Assembly (NCBI GenBank): GCA_951813565.1
Contig: OX638351.1
Span: forward strand, 4,864,001-4,928,000
Direction: 5' to 3'
DNA length: 64,000 nucleotides
Origin: an uncultured Poribacteria bacterium
Lineage (GTDB): Bacteria > Poribacteria > WGA-4E > WGA-3G
Position 1 is the stretch's first letter. Every line of letters starts with the position of its first letter. Positions 20,567 to 30,067 of this stretch are shown here, in pieces. Made by a program: the position numbers and the translations under genes. Below the pieces are notes generated by a model, which saw nothing but the letters and a program-made list of their open reading frames with translations, was not told the origin of the DNA and did no database searches.

Positions 20567-21886
20567 CACACCCAGGTGCTTGTCTATCTGCTTGAGAACG
20601 TTATCATAGTCGGCTTCTAATTCAAGCGGGGTGTTGAGGTATTGCGGTGTAGGTTGGCCAGGAACAATGTTGTGATATGCAACTTTGAAATCGGGAAATT
20701 TGAGTCCGTTAGCAGTTGAAATTACAATAACTCTATCACCTTTCTGGATCTGTTTACGTTCAAGCATTTTTATGAGTACGGCTAACGCAACACCTGTGTG
20801 CGGACAGTTGAACAGTCCCGTTCTATCAGCTCGGGCAGCTGCGTCTGCTAATTCCTTCTCTGTTGCCTGATCAACAATACCATCAAACTGGCGCAAGATA
20901 CGGATAGCACGATGAATAGAAACAGGATTACCTATCTGAATTGCCGTGGCTTGCGTGGATTGTGCAGTGATTGCTTTGAACTCTTTGAATCCGGTTTGGT
21001 AACTCCGATAGAGTGGATTTGCACGTTCAGCTTGTGCGCAAGCGATGCGCGGAAGTTTGTCTATGATACCAAGTTCACGCATCATTAAAAAACCTAAACC
21101 GAGAGCAGAGACGTTGCCGAGGTTACCTCCCGGTATGATAATCCAATCAGGCACTTCCCAATCAAACTGCTGGACGATCTCAATGCTGATAGTTTTTTGT
21201 CCTTCAATGCGAAGTGAATTGATAGAGTTAGCAAGATAGAAATCCTGACGAGCCGCGAGTTTTTGAACGATTGCCATACACCCATCAAAATCTGTCTCAA
21301 GCGAAAGTGTTAATGCACCGTTCGCAATAGGCTGAATTAGTTGCTCGCGGGTAACCTTTTCTTTCGGTAACAGAATGATAGCGGGGATTCCCGCTGCAGA
21401 TGCGTACGCAGCCAAAGAGGCAGAGGTATCGCCTGTAGAAGCACACATTACAGCGCGAATATTACCTGATTCAGAAATGATCTGCTTTACCATTGAGACA
21501 AGCACCGTCATCCCAAGGTCTTTGAATGAACCTGTATGACTAATTCCACACTGCTTTATCCAGAGATCCGAGAGTCCGAGTTGTTCACCGAGACGTTCTG
21601 CCCAAAATAGATTTGTACCGCCTTCATACATCGAGATGATGTTTTCGTCATCAACAATTGGACAAACGAGTTCTTTTTTTCCCCAAACACCGCTACCATA
21701 CGGATATTGTGTCCGCATATAGCGCTGTTCAAAAAGAAATTTCCAGTCATCAGCACTCCGTTGTTTCAACACGTCCATATCGTGCTGAACTTGGAATAAT
21801 CCATCACAATTTCTACAGCGATAGATTACCTCTGTTAAGGGATAAGTGCATCCTAAGTCACATTCAAACCAAGCGTTGTAATTCAT
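20564..21886 (-). CDS. thrC: Threonine synthase
   Basis: HTGSFKDLGMT, CASTGDTSA, PGGNLGN. Confidence 0.95.
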   Translation of the reverse strand: MNYNAWFECDLGCTYPLTEVIYRCRNCDGLFQVQHDMDVLKQRSADDWKFLFEQRYMRTQYPYGSGVWGKKELVCPIVDDENIISMYEGGTNLFWAERLGEQLGLSDLWIKQCGISHTGSFKDLGMTVLVSMVKQIISESGNIRAVMCASTGDTSASLAAYASAAGIPAIILLPKEKVTREQLIQPIANGALTLSLETDFDGCMAIVQKLAARQDFYLANSINSLRIEGQKTISIEIVQQFDWEVPDWIIIPGGNLGNVSALGLGFLMMRELGIIDKLPRIACAQAERANPLYRSYQTGFKEFKAITAQSTQATAIQIGNPVSIHRAIRILRQFDGIVDQATEKELADAAARADRTGLFNCPHTGVALAVLIKMLERKQIQKGDRVIVISTANGLKFPDFKVAYHNIVPGQPTPQYLNTPLELEADYDNVLKQIDKHLGV

Positions 21887-22515
21887 TATTCTGTTCCCTC
21901 CTGAACGACGTGGATACTCTCAAGACTATTTGATGTAGAAAGAAGTTGCTCAATCTCTTCAAGAGAAGGCAATTCAGATGGGTCTTTCAACCCGAATTGT
22001 TGAAGAAAAGTATCAGTAGTAGAAAAAAGGAGGGAACGTCCGGCACCCTCTTTTCTGCCCGACACGCAAACGAGGTCTTTCTCAACAAGCGCATTGATAA
22101 CACTATCGCTGTTAACGCCGCGAATTGTTGACACGTCACTGCGCGTGACAGGTTGCTTGTAGGCAACTATAGCGAGTGTTTCTAATGCTGAAGGGGATAA
22201 CGTCACGCGCACCTGCTGGATATAAAACTTCCGAATCCACTCTGAAAATTCTGGACGGGTACAAATTTGATAACCATTAGCGATTTCAATCAAGTGAAAA
22301 CTTCGATTCATCTGTTGATAATCATCACGAAGTTCGGCAAGTGCCCTCCGAATTTCTCGAACTGTTATGTTCGGAAGTGCGTGTTGAAACTGTTTCACTG
22401 AAATCGGTTCGCTGGCGGCAAATAGAATCGCTTCCAATATCGATTTTGAATTTTCTTCAGACATCACATTTAATGAGGTTATCGGAAGTTCGGCAATAGC
22501 ATTTTCTGAATCCAT
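21886..22515 (-). CDS. scpB: SMC-Scp complex subunit ScpB
   Basis: LEAILFA, ALETLAIVAYKQPVTR, IRGVNS, FLQQFGL. Confidence 0.95.
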   Translation of the reverse strand: MDSENAIAELPITSLNVMSEENSKSILEAILFAASEPISVKQFQHALPNITVREIRRALAELRDDYQQMNRSFHLIEIANGYQICTRPEFSEWIRKFYIQQVRVTLSPSALETLAIVAYKQPVTRSDVSTIRGVNSDSVINALVEKDLVCVSGRKEGAGRSLLFSTTDTFLQQFGLKDPSELPSLEEIEQLLSTSNSLESIHVVQEGTE

Positions 22516-22538
22516 TTTGATATAATTCCTATACTTTC

Positions 22539-23324
22539 CTATGCAGTTGATGCAGAATTTTCGCTGTCAACCGTTTTGATAATATAGATACTTTCAAACA
22601 AACCTGTTTGTACTGTAACAATTTTTCCTATTCGAATAAGTTCTAAAACTGCAAGAAATGTGACGATTAGATCAATCTTACTTGAAGATAGTGGAAAAAG
22701 ACTTTCGAAAAGCAATTGATCTTCACGTCCTAACTGGCTTTCGATATAAGCAATTTTGTCCTCAACAGTGATTGTTTCCTCTTCAACTGTCTGGTAATCA
22801 TCATCATCGGATTCAAGTTGTGTAATCTGGTCGTTAATGTTCTTAAACGCTGTGAGTAGGTCAAAAAGTGTGGCTTTAATCTCATAAGTACGTGTTTCGT
22901 CTAAATCAGCATGTAACTTTGAACTTCTGTTGTATATTGATGTGCGTTTTTCAGCATACATATCTAAAACTTGTGCCGCTTCTTTGTAACGTTTGTACTC
23001 TAAAAGTTGCTGGACAAGTTGTTCTTGATTACCTATTGGATGCTCAGAATCAGATGCAGTTTGTGGTAGGATGCTTTGTGATTTAATATGCAAAAGTGTT
23101 GCCGCCATCACCAAAAATTCCGCTGCTACATCCAAATCTAACTGCTCCATCAGATTTACATATTCCAGATAACGATCAGTAATTTTAGCAATCTGAATTT
23201 CGTAAATATCCATCTCCTCTTTCTGAATAAGATGGAGGAGTAGGTCAAGCGGTCCCTCAAAACCGTCGAGTTTAACAGAGTAAATCGGATGGGTAGTTGG
23301 CGTAGATGTGATATCCGTTAACAT
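22539..23324 (-). CDS. scpA: Segregation/condensation protein A
   Basis: FEGPLDLLLHLI, EFLVMAATLLHIKS, TFLAVLEL. Confidence 0.95.
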   Translation of the reverse strand: MLTDITSTPTTHPIYSVKLDGFEGPLDLLLHLIQKEEMDIYEIQIAKITDRYLEYVNLMEQLDLDVAAEFLVMAATLLHIKSQSILPQTASDSEHPIGNQEQLVQQLLEYKRYKEAAQVLDMYAEKRTSIYNRSSKLHADLDETRTYEIKATLFDLLTAFKNINDQITQLESDDDDYQTVEEETITVEDKIAYIESQLGREDQLLFESLFPLSSSKIDLIVTFLAVLELIRIGKIVTVQTGLFESIYIIKTVDSENSASTA

Positions 23325-23375
23325 ACTTGTCTCAAGATAATTTATAGGTTTTTTGTATCGTATTGTTCAATTTTA

Positions 23376-24056
23376 CTACACTCCAACAATTTTTCCGATG
23401 AAACTAAAAATTACATGACTGACTATACCTAAAAACCGAAGTGGGCTCGGTATAGGCAGTAGAAACGGTAAAAAGATCAGACACATCAGAATTGGCATTC
23501 CGTAAGGGGCGAGTTTTGAAAATTGGCGTGATGCACGTTCTGGTAGCAAACCATTTACAACACTAAACCCGTCTAAGGGAAAAAGTGGAAGCATATTAAA
23601 TACTGCAAGGAATACACTTATGAATGCCGAATTTCTTAAGAATTGGTAAACTGCGAGATGAGTTTCCGAATTATAAGGCTCAAAGTTAACTGTAAGTTCT
23701 AAAATTTTAATGATGATGAAAATCGCGAAGGTCAACAGGATATTCATGAAAGGACCTGCTGCAGCAATTAGCATAATATCTCTTCTCGGACTTCTGAGAT
23801 TGTAAGGGTTCACAGGCACAGGTTTCGCCCAACCGAAGAACCCTCCACCTAAAAGTGAACCAATCAAAGGTAAAAACAGTGTCCCGATGGGATCAATATG
23901 CACAGCAGGATTAAGTGACATGCGTCCTTGATCACGCGCGGTTGAATCACCTAACATATCAGCAGATTTGGCATGTCCCCACTCATGGAAAGTTAACAGA
24001 ATGATGAACTGTGTTACGATTAGAATTGCTTGCCATATTGCGTTTGGATTAAACAT
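23376..24056 (-). CDS. Site-2 protease (M50) family protein
   Basis: HEWGH, GWAKPVP, AGP, FNMLPLFPLDG. Confidence 0.92.
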   Translation of the reverse strand: MFNPNAIWQAILIVTQFIILLTFHEWGHAKSADMLGDSTARDQGRMSLNPAVHIDPIGTLFLPLIGSLLGGGFFGWAKPVPVNPYNLRSPRRDIMLIAAAGPFMNILLTFAIFIIIKILELTVNFEPYNSETHLAVYQFLRNSAFISVFLAVFNMLPLFPLDGFSVVNGLLPERASRQFSKLAPYGMPILMCLIFLPFLLPIPSPLRFLGIVSHVIFSFIGKIVGV

Positions 24057-24079
24057 ATTTTATCTGAATTCCATTCAAT

Positions 24080-25564
24080 TTACTCGAAGCGTAGTATTTT
24101 TTTAGCTGCTTGTTCTTTTATTAACTGAAAGTGTGGATATGCTTCTGATTTAGAATTAATTTTTCCGTCCAGTTGTGCCGCAAACAGATGCGACAGTATT
24201 GTATCAAAAGATTTTCCCGGTTTTTCACCCCACTGAATCAGGTCATCGCCTGTAGTAAAGGGATGTATCTTCCGCAGAGTGAGCAGGAAATCTACGATAT
24301 TCTTCCGTTGTATGTGTGATAAATTAGCATCCGAATATCCTAAAACAAGCGCTTCAAGGGAAAAAGATTTTAGGATTTGATAAATTTTGCTTGGTGCGAT
24401 TGTTTCAGATAAAGAACCTAAGACAGGCAACAATTGATGATATGCGGTTATTGGAGTCTGGACTTTATATACAATTCCACCTTCAAATACGTAAGTTAAT
24501 TTATTTTCATCATCAACGATGCACCATTTTCCGTTATGGTGCCGAATAGAAGCATTTTTAGATAGTTTCAAGCCAAGTTTTTCAAAAACGAATGGTATTG
24601 ATTTTTCAGAAGAAATTTCTTGATTCAACATTTGCGTTGCGCTTGCTATCCGGCGGAGTTGGTGCTCTAATACAAGACTAAAACAGAGTGCCTCAATCTG
24701 ATATATCTGCACCTCTTGGAAGTTTCCCATGCCGAATAGTGCCATCCATCGCACAATATTCGGTTGAAAATCTTCATCTGCGATATGCTCTGATGCCCAT
24801 GAGATTGCTTGTTGTACCGTTTGAAAATCAGAAGAGAAAGTAGGAGAGATTTTCCATCCGGAGAAGATTGCTTCATATACACCCAATTCAGCAAGTTTTT
24901 GAACAATTTGTGGTGCGTTGTTTTCAAGCAAGACTTTTTCTATTTCATTCCGTATACGTTCGCCGCTAAGTTGCGCTAAAAGTGGGATTGCCTCCTTTAT
25001 TAACAAAACATCCGTCTCTGCGACACAGAAGTCATAACGTCCGGCATATCTGCAAGCACGAAAGATACGAGTTGGATCATCCGTGTAACTTTGGTTGTGA
25101 AGAACGCGAATGGTACCAGTCTTGAGATCAACTATCCCCCCAGTTTTATCAATAATAGTTCCAAAAGCATTCGCGTCTAAACACATTGCTAACGCATTAA
25201 TAGAAAAGTCCCTGCGCTGTAAATCCTCTGTAATAGTGCCACGTTTTACCTTAGGTAACGTTCCGGGCTTTTGATACGTTTCACACCGTGCAGTGACAAA
25301 ATCAACTTTAGGTTTATTCGGATTTGCAGGTGTGACAGTTGCTGTGCCAAATTGTGGATGCTCTTGCAAGGCACCATTCCAACGTTTTTGCATCTCTTTT
25401 GCAACCCGAAGCGCATCTCCTTCCACCACAATATCAATATCAAAAGTTGGTTGTTTTAATAGAAGGTCCCGGACAGAACCGCCAACAAGATAAACATGTT
25501 GACCACCGATCTCGCCAATTTCATGTAACGTATGTGAAAGCGATTCGGAAATATCTGGTATCAT
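24080..25564 (-). CDS. tRNA nucleotidyltransferase (CCA/A-adding class II)
   Basis: VGGSVRD, DIDIVV, DLQRRDFSINAL, DDPTRIFR. Confidence 0.9.
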   Translation of the reverse strand: MIPDISESLSHTLHEIGEIGGQHVYLVGGSVRDLLLKQPTFDIDIVVEGDALRVAKEMQKRWNGALQEHPQFGTATVTPANPNKPKVDFVTARCETYQKPGTLPKVKRGTITEDLQRRDFSINALAMCLDANAFGTIIDKTGGIVDLKTGTIRVLHNQSYTDDPTRIFRACRYAGRYDFCVAETDVLLIKEAIPLLAQLSGERIRNEIEKVLLENNAPQIVQKLAELGVYEAIFSGWKISPTFSSDFQTVQQAISWASEHIADEDFQPNIVRWMALFGMGNFQEVQIYQIEALCFSLVLEHQLRRIASATQMLNQEISSEKSIPFVFEKLGLKLSKNASIRHHNGKWCIVDDENKLTYVFEGGIVYKVQTPITAYHQLLPVLGSLSETIAPSKIYQILKSFSLEALVLGYSDANLSHIQRKNIVDFLLTLRKIHPFTTGDDLIQWGEKPGKSFDTILSHLFAAQLDGKINSKSEAYPHFQLIKEQAAKKILRFE

Positions 25565-25627
25565 TTTCTTTTGTAGGGGAGGTGCTTAACTTGAACATTA
25601 TGAAGGATAGCGTCCATTTCTAAAATT

Positions 25628-26308
25628 TTATACAAACGCAAAAACGCGAGTTGGCGCGCCAGAACTACGTGCTAACTTTAGCGGCGCAATCACCACATAG
25701 AAATGTGTCGGTAGCTGACTCAAATTACACAAATCTTCCACATGCGGAATGCCTGCTCCCAGAAAGACAAGGTGTGCTGGCGGTAAACCGTCATGCAATG
25801 GGGGATGTCCTGCTACAGCGTCAATGCTGCATGCATCTGTACCGATAACCTTTATGCCTCTCTGGACGAGAAGTTCAGCCGCATCTTCACTAAAACCGAT
25901 CCATTCACGGTTAAAGTTCTCTTGATAAACAAATCTATCCATTCCTGTCCGCATAAAAACGATGCTGTCTTGTGGAATTTCTCCGTTTTCAGCAACCCAA
26001 GCCTCAATATCTTCGGCAGTCACTGCATCATTCGGTTTCTTAATCGCAGAAAAGTCCATTAAGACTGCGTGTCCAGTCAATTTTTCCTTCGGAATCTCTG
26101 CTACAGTAAACCCGTCTGGATACATTAGACAAGAAGCGTCAATATGTGTGGAGCAGTGACCGGACATGTCAACCCGGCTTTCAAAGTATCCATCCTTTTC
26201 TAATGTTGCCTGGTCGTAGATTTTGACAGGATCAATTGGCAACTCTCGCGGGCTATTCTCGTCAACGACATAAGACAGATCCAACACGTTTTGAAAGTCA
26301 AGGTGCAT
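25628..26308 (-). CDS. Cyclase family protein (kynurenine formamidase-like)
   Basis: HCSTHIDA, IGTD, PLKL...GAPTR. Confidence 0.88.
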   Translation of the reverse strand: MHLDFQNVLDLSYVVDENSPRELPIDPVKIYDQATLEKDGYFESRVDMSGHCSTHIDASCLMYPDGFTVAEIPKEKLTGHAVLMDFSAIKKPNDAVTAEDIEAWVAENGEIPQDSIVFMRTGMDRFVYQENFNREWIGFSEDAAELLVQRGIKVIGTDACSIDAVAGHPPLHDGLPPAHLVFLGAGIPHVEDLCNLSQLPTHFYVVIAPLKLARSSGAPTRVFAFV

Positions 26309-26389
26309 TTTGTTCTCTCATTCTTTTTTATCTGTTATAGATATAGTATAGCACATTTCGCATCATAATTCAAGCAGTAAAAACCGTTC

Positions 26390-26559
26390 GGGTGTGTAAA
26401 GTTTTTGTACAGAAATGACTGTCCCTATTGTAGGGCGGGGTCCCTGTGCCTCGCCAAATACCATACACGTGTTCGGCGTTGATTTGGATAAATCAGGCTT
26501 ACAAGGTCTCCCTCCACCAAGAAAGATGACCTGGCTAATAACAAAATATTTACACACCC
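26390..26559. mobile_element. MITE, GGGTGTGTAAA family, 9-bp TSD
   Basis: AAACCGTTC duplicated at 26381-26389 and 26560-26568. Confidence 0.88.
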
Positions 26560-26638
26560 AAACCGTTCTTTGAGTAACCTTAAAGGTGCATCCGTTGTTG
26601 TGTATTAAATGAAAACTATGTGCAAGTAAAGGAAACTC

Positions 26639-27523
26639 ATGCGTAATACAATTACTTACAGACACTGGCAGCCCGGTGATGATGACGCCGTTCTGAAATT
26701 GTTAGTGCCAGCTGAACAATGCAAGGAAGACTATTATCGGAGAAAGTTTAACGATCCATCACTTGAGCCTGAAGGCATTCGTATAGCATTAGTTGGTAAA
26801 AGGGTCGTTGGACATGTATATGGTTCTCAGACTTCGCTCATTGTTGAAGGAAAAGTCCAAGATTTTGGTTTGGTGACACTTGTATTTGTTGCTCCAGACA
26901 TGCGCCAACAAGGAATTGCAACCCGCTTGATGCAGGACCTAAATGCATACTTTGAGGAAAAAGGCTATAGAGGAAGCATTCTATATGTTGAGACTGCAGA
27001 AGCTTATCAACTGTATGAAAAAGTTGGATATCAAAAGGTTACCAGAGAGTTACGAACAGAACTTCCTGCTCGTCCCAATTCCTCTCCACTCAAATGGAGA
27101 GCGGTGAAAGCTGAAGATTTTGATATCTTACATCAACTGAAAAAGCGATGGGGAAATCAGAATTTTCCTATTTTTTGGAATCATCAAGTTAAAGAAATAC
27201 ATCAGTTTAGTATGAAACAGTATCGTGTCTTACGCCGCGGGACAAACATCATAGGTTATGCCAAATGGGATGAACCGTCTGGATATCGTCCACAAGGGTT
27301 GATTCGCGACCCAATAGCACCAGATGAAGATCCGATGGATATTATCACATCAGTCCAAGCAGAGATTACAGCAATGCATGCATGGCAAACAACTGAAGGG
27401 AGTAGATATGAAGACCCACTGTGTTCCCTCGGTTGCATACTCAAACCCACGAAGATGATCGATATGTTGGCATCCTTTGGTCAGGAGATTGATTTGTCCG
27501 AGATGCACCGGACCGTGTGGTGA
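26639..27523 (+). CDS. GNAT family N-acetyltransferase (paralog 1)
   Basis: VAPDMRQQGIA acetyl-CoA motif; LYEKVGY. Confidence 0.88.
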   Translation: MRNTITYRHWQPGDDDAVLKLLVPAEQCKEDYYRRKFNDPSLEPEGIRIALVGKRVVGHVYGSQTSLIVEGKVQDFGLVTLVFVAPDMRQQGIATRLMQDLNAYFEEKGYRGSILYVETAEAYQLYEKVGYQKVTRELRTELPARPNSSPLKWRAVKAEDFDILHQLKKRWGNQNFPIFWNHQVKEIHQFSMKQYRVLRRGTNIIGYAKWDEPSGYRPQGLIRDPIAPDEDPMDIITSVQAEITAMHAWQTTEGSRYEDPLCSLGCILKPTKMIDMLASFGQEIDLSEMHRTVW

Positions 27524-27664
27524 AGTATTATAGTAGATTTGAGAATTACTTGCACACTTTTGAACTGTCCGAGGGAATTCCGATTCCCGATATTCGCAAG
27601 AGGTCGCGATTCGGAGATCGCTCCTACAAAAAACGTGTAAACTTATTTTATATTCTACTATATA

Positions 27665-27818
27665 AACCCAAGTTGCCACCTATTTGGCGAATGCTCTTGT
27701 GGGAGGTGTTTCTAACCCCGATTTATAACAAAAGATGTCCAGAATCAGCGAAAAATCCTTGTTTTCCAGTTAAAATAGTGGATGGCTGATTGAAATCTTG
27801 TCCGTAGCAACTTAGGTT
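27665..27818. mobile_element. MITE, AACCCAAGTTGC TIR family
   Basis: TIRs; relatives at 29661-29814, 40530-40678 and 43536-43689. Confidence 0.8.
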
Positions 27819-27922
27819 ATCATAAAAACATTATAGGGAAATCCCATGGATATAAAAGAAATTTATAGGTGGCAACTCAGGTTGTTAATAATGAAAACTA
27901 TTTTGCAAACTTTAGGGGACTC

Positions 27923-28807
27923 ATGCATAATACAATTACATACAGACATTGGCAGCCTGGTGATGATGACGCAGTTTTAGAGCTGTTAGTCCCTGCTGAA
28001 CAAGTCGACGAAAATATCTATCGAAATAAATTTGAAAGTTCACACATTGAAGCAGAAGGAATACGTTTAGCACTCCTCAATGAAAGAGTCGTGGGGCATG
28101 TATGGGGTGAACCCCGTTCATTCTACACCGAGGACAAGTTCCAGAGGTTTATAATAGTAGGAGCTGTCTATGTTAATACAGATATGCGTCGTCAAGGGAT
28201 TGCAACCCGTTTGATGCAAGAACTGCATGCACACTTCCAGAAAGCGGGCTATCGTGGAAGTATTCTTGATGTTGATACAGAAGAAGCAATTCGATTGTAT
28301 CAGAAAGTTGGCTACCAGAAATTCACGCAAGAACTTCAAACACAACTTCTACCAAATTCTAATGTCTCGCAACTCAAATGGACAGAGGTGAATCTAAAAG
28401 ATTTAAGTGCCTTTCCGCAATTGGATGAGAGATGGGCAAAACACAATTTTCCAGTTGAATGGAATTCACAAGGTATGAAAGTACATCAGGACAACATGAG
28501 CGGGTATCGCGTTTTGCGTCATGGTCAAAAAATTATTGGTTATACAAGATGGGAAGAACCTTCTGGATATTATCCACATGGGTTAATCCAGGACCCTATC
28601 GTGCCGGAGATGGACTCGATAGAAGTTATTGCGTCAGTACAGGCAGCAATCCCAGCACCGCGCGCATGGCAAACTTGCGAAGGAAGTAAGTATGAATTCC
28701 CACTCCGTTCCCTTGGATGTATACTCCAGCAAGGAAAGATGGTCTATATGGTTGCATCTTTTGGTCAGGAGATTGATTTGTCCGAGATGCACCGGACCGT
28801 GTGGTGA
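27923..28807 (+). CDS. GNAT family N-acetyltransferase (paralog 2)
   Basis: Paralog of 26639-27523; MRRQGIA motif. Confidence 0.88.
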   Translation: MHNTITYRHWQPGDDDAVLELLVPAEQVDENIYRNKFESSHIEAEGIRLALLNERVVGHVWGEPRSFYTEDKFQRFIIVGAVYVNTDMRRQGIATRLMQELHAHFQKAGYRGSILDVDTEEAIRLYQKVGYQKFTQELQTQLLPNSNVSQLKWTEVNLKDLSAFPQLDERWAKHNFPVEWNSQGMKVHQDNMSGYRVLRHGQKIIGYTRWEEPSGYYPHGLIQDPIVPEMDSIEVIASVQAAIPAPRAWQTCEGSKYEFPLRSLGCILQQGKMVYMVASFGQEIDLSEMHRTVW

Positions 28808-28852
28808 AGAGTATGGTCCTAAAAACGAAGGACAAGAATCTATGGAGTCACA

Positions 28853-29626
28853 TCATTGTTCTTCATTAAAATAATCAAGGATTGTATTATGCAGGATTCT
28901 ATTTGTTGCTACCAATGAAGCAGTGTCTTTTGTGATGGCTTGTCCTTGTATATCTGTCACTTTCCCACCAGCTTCCCGCGCAATAACAGTAATTGCAGCA
29001 ATGTCCCAAATACTAATCGCCGCTTCAATCACAGCATCCACTCTACCAGAAGCGACAAGGTGATACATATAAAAATCGCCAAATCCCCTTGTGCGTGCAG
29101 CATCGTTGATAAGGTTGTAAATACCGGGGAAAGTGCCTTTCTCTACAAACCATTTCAACCCGCCATGGCATACCATTGCGTCTGTAGGTTCTGAAACATC
29201 GGAAACGTTGATCGGTTCACCGTTCAGGAATGCCCCATTGCCAACTTCAGCATAAAGAAGTTCGTTTAATAATGGCGCATTAGAAACACCGAGGATAAGT
29301 TCGTCATCTTTCATTAGGGCAATCTGTGTGCCGAAGATCGGAATTTTCCGAATGTAATTCTTCGTAGCATCAATCGGATCAATAATCCACATATAAGGTG
29401 ATGTGCCTTCTTGCGTTCCGTACTCTTCACCCAAGAACCCGTGGTCGGGAAATGCCTGCGTGATGGTTTCTCTGATCGCTTTTTCCGCTTCAGTATCGGC
29501 GCGGGTAACTGGGGTTTCGTCTGCTTTTAGTTCAACTTTCAATGTATTCCCAGTATAGTATGATGTAATAATCTTTTCTGCGTTTTTTGCCGCCTCTAAA
29601 GCAACGGTTAAAAATTGGCTGGTCAT
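28853..29626 (-). CDS. Inositol monophosphatase family (HisN-like histidinol-phosphatase)
   Basis: GEE, WIIDPIDAT, RGFGDFY, WDIAA. Confidence 0.88.
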   Translation of the reverse strand: MTSQFLTVALEAAKNAEKIITSYYTGNTLKVELKADETPVTRADTEAEKAIRETITQAFPDHGFLGEEYGTQEGTSPYMWIIDPIDATKNYIRKIPIFGTQIALMKDDELILGVSNAPLLNELLYAEVGNGAFLNGEPINVSDVSEPTDAMVCHGGLKWFVEKGTFPGIYNLINDAARTRGFGDFYMYHLVASGRVDAVIEAAISIWDIAAITVIAREAGGKVTDIQGQAITKDTASLVATNRILHNTILDYFNEEQ

Positions 29627-29660
29627 GAATTCTCCTATCTATAGTTCAATTTACAATCAT

Positions 29661-29814
29661 AACCTAAGTTGCTACGGACAAGATTTCAAGCTTGCAGACA
29701 TTGCTTTTTACTGAAAAACAAGGATTTCCAGCTAATTCTTATGCTTTCTTTTCTAAATCGGGGTTAGAAACCCCTCCTACAAGAGCATTCGCGATATAGG
29801 TAGCAACTTGGGTA
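29661..29814. mobile_element. MITE, AACCCAAGTTGC family, 5-bp TSD ATCAT
   Basis: Essentially identical to 40530-40678; the copy at 43536-43689 has TSD ATTGT. Confidence 0.85.
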
Positions 29815-30067
29815 ATCATAGTGAAATCTAAAATTAATTGGACAGTTCTTTATAGGTTTGCTGCGTTTGTAGTCGCGCAATTCATTGCGCCTCTTCCTGT
29901 GAATCAACGCCAAATACCAAACGCGTATTTGGCGTTGATTCGCAGGTCGCGACTTTAAAACTGTAGAACACTTTGTCCGCGCCGAGTGACAATGTCCAGT
30001 TAATTGTAAAACCCACTATAATGAGACATCGTAAATCGGCGCGCTTACAAAGCGTGCCTACTACTTT

